A program made the position numbers and the translations under genes. Shown piece after piece: positions 26,010-34,255 of a stretch of 38,985 nucleotides of DNA (positions are counted from its first letter, which is position 1; the number at the start of each line of letters is the position of its first letter). The stretch comes from a virus: IMG/VR virus record IMGVR_UViG_3300014202_001569, positions 90,218-129,202 of that record. One strand, written 5' to 3'. The notes below the pieces were generated by a model, which did not search any database, was not told where the DNA came from, and was given only the letters and a program-made list of their open reading frames with translations.

Positions 26010-26326
26010 TATCCACACCAGAGAATTTCACTTTCTTGCCAAATAGTCTTCTTGTTCACTCGGAACAGGTATTCGTCTTTCTTCGTGCTATGCTGCTTGA
26101 GCAAAACGTATAGTTTGATGGCCATTTCTACATCATAGGTGCCGTGGACGCCTGTTTCCTGCCAACACTGACCACTGGCGCTAAACTCATGCCAGATTGC
26201 TTCCTTAGATTTATACAATTCCGCCGAAACCCAGGCAGCATCAAAACTAAGCGTATGCCAGTCGCTGGAGTTCCTGTTGCGAAACTCAATAATGTAGATT
26301 TCAAACTTGCCATCTTTGCGCAGCAT
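26009..26326 (-). CDS. hypothetical phage protein
   Basis: Leaderless ATG 4 nt after TGGTATAAT. Confidence 0.6.
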   Translation of the reverse strand: MLRKDGKFEIYIIEFRNRNSSDWHTLSFDAAWVSAELYKSKEAIWHEFSASGQCWQETGVHGTYDVEMAIKLYVLLKQHSTKKDEYLFRVNKKTIWQESEILWCG

Positions 26327-26330
26327 GATC

Positions 26331-26360
26331 TATTATACCACAGTTTTTCTTGTTGGAAAG
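26331..26360 (-). promoter_or_regulatory. extended -10 sigma70-like promoter
   Basis: TGGTATAAT with a weak TTTCCA -35. Confidence 0.5.
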
Positions 26361-26370
26361 CTGTATTGGT

Positions 26371-26386
26371 TGGTACAATTGCAATT
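26371..26386 (-). repeat. 16-bp junction motif, copy 15
   Basis: Exact copy; supplies the TAA stop of 26385..26684. Confidence 0.95.
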
Positions 26387-26684
26387 ACTCAGGTCGCCAA
26401 TGGTTGTATTTTAGGTAATCTACAATCTCCGTTTTCTTACCCTCTATAACATACTCTTTACAGATTGGACAAAATACGGAGTCAATGCCGCATGGATATG
26501 CCTCTGGATGCTGGCACGTTAATTCAACCACTAGATCAGACTTATCCAACGCCAAATCGAAATCCAATTCTAACTCTAAAGATAGTTCCTTAATGTTAGA
26601 TATTAAATATCTTAAAGCTTGCTGTTCGTCTACATTGTTGGCAACCGCTAATTCAGACAACAGTAATTTTAGTTTTTCTATCAT
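26385..26684 (-). CDS. hypothetical protein with C-terminal Zn-binding motif
   Basis: CQH...CPIC; ATGA overlap. Confidence 0.55.
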   Translation of the reverse strand: MIEKLKLLLSELAVANNVDEQQALRYLISNIKELSLELELDFDLALDKSDLVVELTCQHPEAYPCGIDSVFCPICKEYVIEGKKTEIVDYLKYNHWRPE

Positions 26685-26878
26685 TTCTTCTTATAGGCAT
26701 GAATATTCCCTAATTGGCCAATCCACCGCCAATCAGTGCCTGGACCAGTGCCTTTTTCTGATTCAGTAACGACCCAATAAGTACCTTTATTATAGTAAAA
26801 AAGCTTGCTAGTGCTGGCAGTAATCTTAGAAACGTCAGCATGAAGCAAATCGGCCAAAGTCTGGACTTTTTCATTCAT
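26681..26878 (-). CDS. hypothetical phage protein
   Basis: Probable ATG at 26878 (MNEKV). Confidence 0.5.
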   Translation of the reverse strand: MNEKVQTLADLLHADVSKITASTSKLFYYNKGTYWVVTESEKGTGPGTDWRWIGQLGNIHAYKKK

Positions 26879-26906
26879 TTTCAAATTCCTTAACCTAAAT
26901 AGGTTT

Positions 26907-27236
26907 ATGAGAACATTTAAGGAACACTGCGACATTATTGATGAGGGAATAGTAAGAAGTCTTTTCGACTCCGAATATAGATCACTACCCCCAAAGATTA
27001 GAAGAGACTACGACATGATGGATCAGACTGCACACGCGGCTATCCAGCAGTCAAAGGAGGCTAAGAAGATTTCATTACTCCAAGCCATACAAGAGTTTAT
27101 GGCAGAAGCACCTGCCAGAGCGCAATGGAAGAAGTATAATCAAATGGCAGGGTCAGAGCGTCAAGCTTATGGGGTCAAGCCATCGCAATATAACTTCGGC
27201 TTAGATTCAACAGGTCAAAAGCCTTATCGTCCATAA
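26907..27236 (+). CDS. putative virion internal protein
   Basis: TAAATA 5 nt before the ATG; N-terminus MRTFKEH...IDEG resembles the T4 internal-protein leader. Confidence 0.55.
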   Translation: MRTFKEHCDIIDEGIVRSLFDSEYRSLPPKIRRDYDMMDQTAHAAIQQSKEAKKISLLQAIQEFMAEAPARAQWKKYNQMAGSERQAYGVKPSQYNFGLDSTGQKPYRP

Positions 27237-27490
27237 CGAGCTTCTCTTAATCGCTGTTTAACCCAGGTCATATCGACTTCAATAGCCCCTAAAGACAGAG
27301 CAAGCTGCCTCCTTTTAACCGTTAGGTCATAATGTGGCAGCTTTCTGTCTTGGAACCAAGTTTTCTTCATCCCTATTTTATTTGCAAACTCATGCAGTTC
27401 CTCTAATGAATCTGCAAACATATGACAGGATGAAGTCCATCGCCACCCCTTCTTAGGCGTACATGGTTTAAGAGCGTCAATATAGACCAT
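27224..27490 (-). CDS. DUF4031 family protein
   Basis: MVYID...CHMFADSLEELHEFA.KIG...WFQ...HYDLT. Confidence 0.8.
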   Translation of the reverse strand: MVYIDALKPCTPKKGWRWTSSCHMFADSLEELHEFANKIGMKKTWFQDRKLPHYDLTVKRRQLALSLGAIEVDMTWVKQRLREARYGR

Positions 27491-27867
27491 TACCGCCCCA
27501 TCATTACATTACCACTAGCATCCACGCTACCGCCGACATTACCGCACTTGACACTACCACTCGCGTCTACATTGCCCTTAACGTCACCGCAACTCACTGA
27601 GCCACTAGCATCCACTTTACCCCCGACGTTACCAGCGATAGTTGCAGAACCGCCTGCATCGACATTGCCAGCAACATCACCATTCACGGTGACACTACCA
27701 CGGTCAGTTTTCAGGTTGATTAGACCACCTTCAACAACAATCTTCAATTCGTTGCTGAAAACGGCGCTATCTACCTTGCAACCATTAACAATGATTTCAT
27801 TATTAACGACGGAGACAGATGCTCCATCGGGGACTTCAACAGTAGTACCATTAACAGTAACTTTCAT
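27490..27867 (-). CDS. beta-helix (bactofilin-like) repeat protein
   Basis: Repeated V.GNVDA.GSV.C units. Confidence 0.7.
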   Translation of the reverse strand: MKVTVNGTTVEVPDGASVSVVNNEIIVNGCKVDSAVFSNELKIVVEGGLINLKTDRGSVTVNGDVAGNVDAGGSATIAGNVGGKVDASGSVSCGDVKGNVDASGSVKCGNVGGSVDASGNVMMGR

Positions 27868-28606
27868 TATTTGTTCCTAGTAGTTTGATGTAAAAATAAC
27901 GGTTATAGAACTCAATGAGCGATTCCCTAGCCTGTTGCGAAGGAATATCTTTGAAACTGGTGATAATAGGGTTTAGTCCTAATATATTATTTGACTTTTT
28001 GTTATCATAATAACTATTAGGTTCTTTCATATTAAGAAAGTCGAACACCCTGCCAAGGTTTCTGCTTATGTTATGGCGATAATAGTCCTTTCCTAATGAG
28101 TTTTTTTCTATTAGTTTATTCCACTCGACGTAATACACGGCGGCACGGTCTATTGGGTTGGCATAATTCAATATCATCGGAGCGTGCTTATAAATGAATT
28201 TATGATAATCCTTCATATCTTCATTCTTTACACAATCCCGCTTAAAGTAACCAAGCCCATATATGAAAGAATTTATAACTTCCAAAGGATGCCGAAATAC
28301 ATGTATTACCTTTGCGCCGTCAAATGCGGGGTGCGATAAGAACGGTGCGGCCATGTAACTCGAATCAGCCTGAATATTTACAATGCCGTTGGGAAACCAG
28401 ATTTCATCTTGCCATGTTGATAGTTCAGAAATCAAGCTGACCTTGAGCGGGTCTGGTTGTTCCAGTCTTTCCAGTGCCCGTTCTAAACCATGATAAGAAA
28501 AAATGGTTTCATGGCCGCAGTTTATGCCCAAACTTGTCAAAAATTTGGCAAAATAAACTGTTCCGCATCGTCCTGTTCCAGTAACAATGTATTTTAGTTT
28601 ACCCAT
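27851..28606 (-). CDS. sulfotransferase-family protein
   Basis: IVTGTGRCGT (5'-PSB loop) and IHVFRHPLEVINS (3'-PB motif). Confidence 0.75.
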   Translation of the reverse strand: MGKLKYIVTGTGRCGTVYFAKFLTSLGINCGHETIFSYHGLERALERLEQPDPLKVSLISELSTWQDEIWFPNGIVNIQADSSYMAAPFLSHPAFDGAKVIHVFRHPLEVINSFIYGLGYFKRDCVKNEDMKDYHKFIYKHAPMILNYANPIDRAAVYYVEWNKLIEKNSLGKDYYRHNISRNLGRVFDFLNMKEPNSYYDNKKSNNILGLNPIITSFKDIPSQQARESLIEFYNRYFYIKLLGTNNESYC

Positions 28607-28624
28607 ATAGTCATATATTCAGCA

Positions 28625-28864
28625 TTAGAACAAATCCTTAAACAGCTTATCCATTTCCGCAAAGATATTGTCCATTCGCTTGAACGCGCCATCTGTCTTG
28701 TCCAACTTCTCTTCTGCCTTATTGAGCCGATCTTCGGCTTCCTTCTGAGACGTGCCACCATCGTTAATAATGGTGCGTTCACGAATGACCTTGCCATCCT
28801 TGTCAAACTCTCGGATGACTTCCTTGCTAACTTTGGTAATCTTAATCGTTTTGGTTTCAAACAT
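28625..28864 (-). CDS. hypothetical phage protein
   Basis: AGGTG RBS. Confidence 0.55.
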   Translation of the reverse strand: MFETKTIKITKVSKEVIREFDKDGKVIRERTIINDGGTSQKEAEDRLNKAEEKLDKTDGAFKRMDNIFAEMDKLFKDLF

Positions 28865-28867
28865 GTT

Positions 28868-29452
28868 TCACCTATGGGGATAACGGTTGTATTCATCAAT
28901 CAAGAACTTAAAAGCATCCAAATGCTCCTGTAAGTCCTTATCAGACATTTTCTCCAAATCCTTGCCCTTCGTAGTACGCACGTCCTTATGCCCACGACCT
29001 TCCCACGGCGGGCCATTGACCATTACGGAATAAGTTCTGCCCCGTGGCGTAACTGAATGCCACGTCATGGGTTCCGTAATTTCATAACGACACCATTTCG
29101 TCAAATCGAGGGTCATTACATGGTCAGGCTTCTCAATATTGGACTGAGAATAACCTACACCCATGCGATAGCCGCCACTCAAGATTAGGAAAGCACCAGG
29201 CCAAGGGTGAGGATGGAAGAATGATTCTTCTTCTTCGCAAGTATCAAACCTATGAAGACATACGCGAACATCTTCAAGCTGCGTATGCACCCGATAGGTG
29301 AATGGCTTACGACGATTAACAATCAATGAATCCCACTTGCTCTTATCATCGAGCAGCGGTAGCAAAATCTTTACCACTTCGGCCAGTCTGTCCAGCATTT
29401 TAACTCCTATATCATATAGCGGGAAATAGTCAATCCCGCTTCCCTTGCCCAC
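28868..29452 (-). CDS. cupin-fold protein
   Basis: LHRF...FHPHPW...ILSGGY...WHSV; start probably MLDRL at 29398. Confidence 0.65.
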   Translation of the reverse strand: MGKGSGIDYFPLYDIGVKMLDRLAEVVKILLPLLDDKSKWDSLIVNRRKPFTYRVHTQLEDVRVCLHRFDTCEEEESFFHPHPWPGAFLILSGGYRMGVGYSQSNIEKPDHVMTLDLTKWCRYEITEPMTWHSVTPRGRTYSVMVNGPPWEGRGHKDVRTTKGKDLEKMSDKDLQEHLDAFKFLIDEYNRYPHR

Positions 29453-30750
29453 TGGTTAAGCCAGTATTTATCACTGGCGTTTGCAACAGCATTGTATTTG
29501 CCGCGAGCCTGAGTGATTGACTTATTGCTGTTGCTGACTTCGATTGTCAATCTCTTATCAATTCCAGCGATAGAAACCTCTTCAAACTTCCAGATTGAAG
29601 TTCGCCCTTGGGCGCATGAGCCTGCATAGGAACCAACGCAGTGCTTCATGGTGCGACCTTCTGTAACCAATTCCTTTTGGGTACAAATCTCTTGAATCAT
29701 GCGAACCACATTTTCGCGTTCGCTCTTGCTATAGAAGCCCTTAATACCGCTGGCTGGCCAGGAGGTGAAGCCGCCCTTCTTTTCCTTGCCAAGCTGCCTA
29801 TGCCACGCTTCAACCTGATTAAGCATAGATTCGGGATCACGTCCCTTCATGCTCAAATTAGGCTGAGCGCAAACCATATTGCCGTTCTCCATACGGCATG
29901 GCACGAACTTCTGATTATGAATGAAATCGACAATCGGAGCATAATGCTCTACGTCCAACATTGGATGCTGGAGCAGCCAACGGAATACGCTTGTCCAAAA
30001 TTCATTATTGTTGAAGTCTACAGCAATTCTAGTTTTGAAAAGCTGACGAACGAATCGTTCGTTGCCGCCCATGTTCAAAACTTGACCATATCGAATCGCC
30101 TGTGGGATATTAAAATCCTTCGGCGCTTCCATTGTAAGGTGAGCTTCCTTCTTTGTCAAAGGAATAGGCAACCCATTCATCGTGCGAATGTTATGCCCTT
30201 GCCCAATCTGAATAAACCAATTCATATACAAGCCCCCAGGTCCACCCGTCCAGGCAGAATCCATGAAAGCTGGAATATAGTATTTTGCAAACAAATGGCG
30301 GGCAAAGGAAAAAACCTGTTTTTGCAGGTTATGACTGGATGGTTTCCAGTCTTTAACAGGGCGAAGTGCATCACCTTCATAACGAGCCAGATTGGTCAAT
30401 ATATCAATTGGTTCGGTAGTAGCCTGTCCGTTGTATCGTGGTGGCTTATCAGCAAATTCAATTCTCAAATCAGCAAAGTGAAGGAAGATTTCCTTTAAGA
30501 ATTTCGGGTTAGGGTGTCCCGCTTTGGCACTGATTACGTTTTTAATCTTGCGTTCGCCGTTACTGTATTCTTCCCCATCGAATACAGCTTCAATTGCCGC
30601 TGGGAAATTACGGACTCTTTGCGAGAGAATATAAATAGGGGACGGTGCCCTCTGTTTCTCCGTCTCTTCCAGAAGGCGGGCGCGGTCCCTCTTCGCCCGT
30701 AATTCCTTCTTTTTCATTTTGTGGGATTTCTGTGCCCTAGTGTCCTTCAT
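29407..30750 (-). CDS. PcfJ-like domain protein
   Basis: ELVTEGRTMKHCVGSY...LTIEV...QARGKYN is the PcfJ signature. Confidence 0.85.
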   Translation of the reverse strand: MKDTRAQKSHKMKKKELRAKRDRARLLEETEKQRAPSPIYILSQRVRNFPAAIEAVFDGEEYSNGERKIKNVISAKAGHPNPKFLKEIFLHFADLRIEFADKPPRYNGQATTEPIDILTNLARYEGDALRPVKDWKPSSHNLQKQVFSFARHLFAKYYIPAFMDSAWTGGPGGLYMNWFIQIGQGHNIRTMNGLPIPLTKKEAHLTMEAPKDFNIPQAIRYGQVLNMGGNERFVRQLFKTRIAVDFNNNEFWTSVFRWLLQHPMLDVEHYAPIVDFIHNQKFVPCRMENGNMVCAQPNLSMKGRDPESMLNQVEAWHRQLGKEKKGGFTSWPASGIKGFYSKSERENVVRMIQEICTQKELVTEGRTMKHCVGSYAGSCAQGRTSIWKFEEVSIAGIDKRLTIEVSNSNKSITQARGKYNAVANASDKYWLNQWAREAGLTISRYMI

Positions 30751-30763
30751 AAATACTCTCTAT

Positions 30764-31267
30764 TTACCCCTCATATAGCTTCTTAAACAAACTTTGATAA
30801 AGCAAATTCGGGGTATAATTTCCAGTATGTTCCCTTTTAAGCAGACTAATCACTCCAAGATGGGCCGAACGCTCATCCTTAGTGTAACGGTGACGGGTCC
30901 GCTTCTCTTCACGATACAGGATGCCTTGCTCTTGAGCAACCCCTAATAGAGTACGAAACTCCAGGTCACTTCTTACAATACCATCCTTAGACCCCATTAT
31001 CCACCGATACAATTCATCCATTACGAAATAATCCATTATATTAGTCTGCAAACTACGCTTGTCTACATTCTTAAAGCAGTCCTGGCATACCGCAAAAGAA
31101 TGAGCCTTAATGTTAAAGCTTTCGCATATCTTCTCAATATGGGGATAAGTGATAGGAAGGCAGCTTTTGTCTTTGAAGCAAATGCTACAATTTGCTTCAA
31201 AGCAACCATCTTCATTTGGCTGCACTTCTTTATCATTTAAGAAGAATGTCATACGAGTAACCTGCAA
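30764..31267 (-). CDS. zinc-finger-containing hypothetical protein
   Basis: CSIC...CQDC. Confidence 0.5.
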   Translation of the reverse strand: MQVTRMTFFLNDKEVQPNEDGCFEANCSICFKDKSCLPITYPHIEKICESFNIKAHSFAVCQDCFKNVDKRSLQTNIMDYFVMDELYRWIMGSKDGIVRSDLEFRTLLGVAQEQGILYREEKRTRHRYTKDERSAHLGVISLLKREHTGNYTPNLLYQSLFKKLYEG

Positions 31268-31548
31268 ACAGGGATTGCGACGTACCCCGACCGCACATCA
31301 CGGTTTGTCCTCTCTACTACGCCTTCCTTGACCAAAAATTCAACCATTCCTTCGTTTTCGGAGTAATCCTTGATGAGAACTTCATCATCGGCAAGCGGTT
31401 CTTCTGGTAGATTGACAGTGCAAGTCGAAACAGGTTCGCCATCATCTGCATCAATCAGGCAAAGAGCAACACGCTTGCCGTGTTCATAGTAACTCTTATT
31501 CAGATTGCAATTCCAGCCCTTGTAGACGACTTTCTTAACAAGTTGCAT
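31249..31548 (-). CDS. DUF4313-like protein
   Basis: DGEPVSTCTVNLP...IKDYSENEG...SGYVAIPVCRL; ATG at 31548. Confidence 0.65.
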   Translation of the reverse strand: MQLVKKVVYKGWNCNLNKSYYEHGKRVALCLIDADDGEPVSTCTVNLPEEPLADDEVLIKDYSENEGMVEFLVKEGVVERTNRDVRSGYVAIPVCRLLV

Positions 31549-31728
31549 CAGTCTTCCCCTTAATGAGTTCCGCCACCATGTCGTGGATTTCAGTTTGTTT
31601 ACGAAAAAGCCTACCGAACAAAGGTTCATCCTTGGCCATTTGTGCGCCACTCAGCGCTTCGCTCAGCTTTTCAGCGCATTCGACCAACGCCTTGACTACT
31701 TTAGCTTTGCCATATTTTTCTGTATCCA

Positions 31729-31887
31729 TTAAAATACTCCACAGCACAATGCAGCCGCGACCACGCCCATAACCACCAAGAGCAAGCCGCAGCCGCCCTC
31801 GCCACCACTGTAGCCTGTTTCACCACAATTAAAGCAAATTGGTGCAGTTGGTGAGATTGGAGCGCCGCAAGTTGGACATTGGTACAT
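31729..31887 (-). CDS. zinc-ribbon protein with C-terminal TM helix (52 aa, not in ORF track)
   Basis: MYQCPTCG...CFNCG...LLLVVMGVVAAALCC; AGGGG RBS. Confidence 0.55.
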   Translation of the reverse strand: MYQCPTCGAPISPTAPICFNCGETGYSGGEGGCGLLLVVMGVVAAALCCGVF

Positions 31888-31900
31888 CTGATTACCCCTT

Positions 31901-32122
31901 TCAAGTTTTGTTTTCGGACTCTCTAGGGGTACTGGTACAATTGGAATTGCCTTTTTTGATTTGGTCTAAACTACGGAAATCGCCCGCTCGGAGCGCCACC
32001 ACCATTTTGCTACAGAATGGACACTCAATGTCTTCTGGCCTAAACCACGTTTTGGGAATCAGGGATGCCCATTCATGCCCGTCTTCGCACCTACAAAAGA
32101 AAGTTGGAAATTGCATAATCAC
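31901..32122 (-). CDS. zinc-ribbon protein
   Basis: CEDGH...CPFC; C-terminus reads through motif copy 16. Confidence 0.5.
   Translation of the reverse strand: MIMQFPTFFCRCEDGHEWASLIPKTWFRPEDIECPFCSKMVVALRAGDFRSLDQIKKGNSNCTSTPRESENKT
31933..31948 (-). repeat. 16-bp junction motif, copy 16 (C>G variant)
   Basis: + strand TGGTACAATTGGAATT. Confidence 0.9.
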
Positions 32123-32649
32123 CTTTTATCAGCCATCTTATAAGCGGCTAGATTATCATAGTGAAGCAACTCTTCCTTTGTAATAGGCTTTACTTCAAAT
32201 TTACGCTGTTGAAACAAATCCCATTCCTCATTATCAGACGGAGAATTGACACTGCGGACATTAGCTGGTACGAAATAATCTACCTCAACGTCGTCGCAGT
32301 CCTGGTAGTCGATAGTGCCACCGAAAAAGTCCACCAGACGATGAGCAACAGCAAGCCAAAAAGCAGTAGATCGAGGATTAAGCGACCGACCATTATTATC
32401 GCTTTCAAAATGATAATTGACAGTGTGCATAGCATCACCATCAATGAGCAAATGTCCGAGAGAACGGATGGCAATTTCAACCATTTCGGGGATGATTGTA
32501 TTTGTAACGTCTGCGCCTGGCACTTCAACCCACTTGGCCCCATGAGAACCGCCCCACTGTGGAGTCAAGCCTGCCGCAATACCAATAATTTGCGCAACAT
32601 CCTTGACCCGAACATTGTCAGGTAGATTAATACCGCAGTCAACACCCAT
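32119..32649 (-). CDS. hypothetical phage protein
   Basis: 176-aa ORF. Confidence 0.65.
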   Translation of the reverse strand: MGVDCGINLPDNVRVKDVAQIIGIAAGLTPQWGGSHGAKWVEVPGADVTNTIIPEMVEIAIRSLGHLLIDGDAMHTVNYHFESDNNGRSLNPRSTAFWLAVAHRLVDFFGGTIDYQDCDDVEVDYFVPANVRSVNSPSDNEEWDLFQQRKFEVKPITKEELLHYDNLAAYKMADKR

Positions 32650-32655
32650 GATTTA

Positions 32656-33111
32656 TTACCTATTTTTATATGGTTGATTGTGAGGTTGCCCGTAACCGTA
32701 TCGTTGCGAACCCCTTTTAGATGCGTGCCACTTACCATTGTGTCCTTGCGTCCAAATATAAGGATGCGATGGATCAGCATTTAATGCTTCATATTCTTCT
32801 GGTGTACGTTCTTCATCATCGTGCGGAGCGCTTGGCAAATGACGATATACTTTGCCGTCTTCGCCTCGATAATAGGTGAAAGCTCTAGGGTTAGGCTCTG
32901 TTCTTTTATGCCCCAACATTCTACCAAGACCGTAACCAGCTACACCACCAGCCACCGCACCTAAAGGATTACCACCCGATAGAGCATATCCTACATATGC
33001 ACCACCAGCGGCACCACTCCAAGGTCCAGGTCGCCAGCCTTGCTGCTGTTGCTGTCCATAATGGTCGCCATAACCATATTCTTGATAAAATTCCCTAAAG
33101 TTCAATTCCAT
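32656..33111 (-). CDS. glycine-zipper protein with internal-protein-like leader
   Basis: GAAGGAYVGYALSGGNPLGAVAGGVAGYGLG; N-terminus MELNFREFYQE; TAAATA 5 nt before the ATG. Confidence 0.6.
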   Translation of the reverse strand: MELNFREFYQEYGYGDHYGQQQQQGWRPGPWSGAAGGAYVGYALSGGNPLGAVAGGVAGYGLGRMLGHKRTEPNPRAFTYYRGEDGKVYRHLPSAPHDDEERTPEEYEALNADPSHPYIWTQGHNGKWHASKRGSQRYGYGQPHNQPYKNR

Positions 33112-33160
33112 AAAGTTATTTAGCCTTTATGGAATTAATTTAACTCACCTTTCTGTAACC

Positions 33161-33457
33161 TTATTCCCCCTTCACCTCTGGTATTAACTGGAGTGAATCC
33201 GACTTGCGGCCCCACCCGCAATCAGCAATCTTCTTCAAATCGTCCAGGTTAAAGATACCCTTATCCAAGAGTAACTCAACCATACGCCCCATTGCTTCCA
33301 ATACCTTCCCAGGTTGATCTTCAAGACGAATCTTATCCTTACTTAGAGAATTATACCTCTCCTCATAAAGAAGTTCATCATAAAGAAAACGAGCAATACT
33401 CTGTGTTTCTATATCGACATTGCCCTTATAGCTTACAGATTCATATTGTATTTCCAC
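33161..33457 (-). CDS. hypothetical phage protein
   Basis: GAGGTG RBS with a GTG start. Confidence 0.6.
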   Translation of the reverse strand: MEIQYESVSYKGNVDIETQSIARFLYDELLYEERYNSLSKDKIRLEDQPGKVLEAMGRMVELLLDKGIFNLDDLKKIADCGWGRKSDSLQLIPEVKGE

Positions 33458-33477
33458 GATTCACCTCTTTGTATTAG

Positions 33478-33616
33478 TGGCGACGGAAGGATTTGAACCC
33501 CCGACCTACCGTTTAAGTAACGGTTGCTCTGACGACTTTTCCCCATTTGTACTTCATGGAGAAGGCCGTACAGGTACAATTTGCAACTTGTAGCCTGTCC
33601 TCTGAGCTACGCCGCC
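33478..33616 (-). tRNA. atypical tRNA-Lys(CUU)-like gene with a 66-nt D-loop insertion
   Basis: Acceptor GGCGGCG/CGTCGCC-A, D stem GCTC/GAGC, anticodon stem ACCGT/ACGGT with loop TACTTAA, T arm GGGGG-TTCAAAT-CCTTC. Confidence 0.8.
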
Positions 33617-33831
33617 GTTTTGCAAGCATCAATTAGATTCTGAACTTTGTTATGCCTTTCAGCTTCCTGATAGACACTGAAAGCTACACCAGAAGGATCG
33701 CCCTGCCAACAAATGCCACTTAACTCTAGGCCAGCCTTGTGTGCAACCACGCCGATGCGGTCAACCCATTGAGAGACTGGCCCTTCCCTAGTTGAATCAA
33801 TCACCAGCCTAACCACTTCGGCAATGTTCAT
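33607..33831 (-). CDS. hypothetical phage protein
   Basis: Its TAG stop lies within the 5' end of the tRNA-like gene. Confidence 0.55.
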   Translation of the reverse strand: MNIAEVVRLVIDSTREGPVSQWVDRIGVVAHKAGLELSGICWQGDPSGVAFSVYQEAERHNKVQNLIDACKTAA

Positions 33832-33832
33832 A

Positions 33833-34009
33833 TCAACCCTTCATAATTTTAAGACGGAATTTAGCCTTATCCAACTTGGCTTTTTCCTTCTGATACTCTT
33901 CGGCGGAAACATTCGTCTTGTAATTCTTGGAGTCAAGCCGCTTACGCAGAAAGGCAATGTATTCCTCAGTCTGCTTGATTTCCTGTGCCTTCGTTAGTTT
34001 TTTCTTCAT
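33833..34009 (-). CDS. small basic helical protein (58 aa, not in ORF track)
   Basis: MKKKLTKAQEIKQTEEYIAFLRKRLDSKNYK... Confidence 0.55.
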   Translation of the reverse strand: MKKKLTKAQEIKQTEEYIAFLRKRLDSKNYKTNVSAEEYQKEKAKLDKAKFRLKIMKG

Positions 34010-34253
34010 CTTCTATCCATTGCTGACGGGATTTCAATGCTAATTGCGCCCAATTATATTGCTCCGTCTCCTCAAATGGGATGCCATTAAGCATATCGCA
34101 AAGCACTTCGGTATCATAAACTTGCAAAAGACTATCTATGTCGTCTGCTAGTATAATGACCTTTTTCCCTTGCTTAAAAAGCTGGCGAGCTTCGGCAAGC
34201 TTAACCTTAAAGGTTTTAGGGTCAGAAACTCGAATGATAGTAGGTATTTCCAT
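33966..34253 (-). CDS. hypothetical phage protein
   Basis: ATG at 34253 (MEIPT) directly after the twin tRNA 3' end; the ORF-track extension to 34322 runs through the RNA. Confidence 0.5.
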   Translation of the reverse strand: MEIPTIIRVSDPKTFKVKLAEARQLFKQGKKVIILADDIDSLLQVYDTEVLCDMLNGIPFEETEQYNWAQLALKSRQQWIEDEEKTNEGTGNQAD

Positions 34254-34255
34254 AG

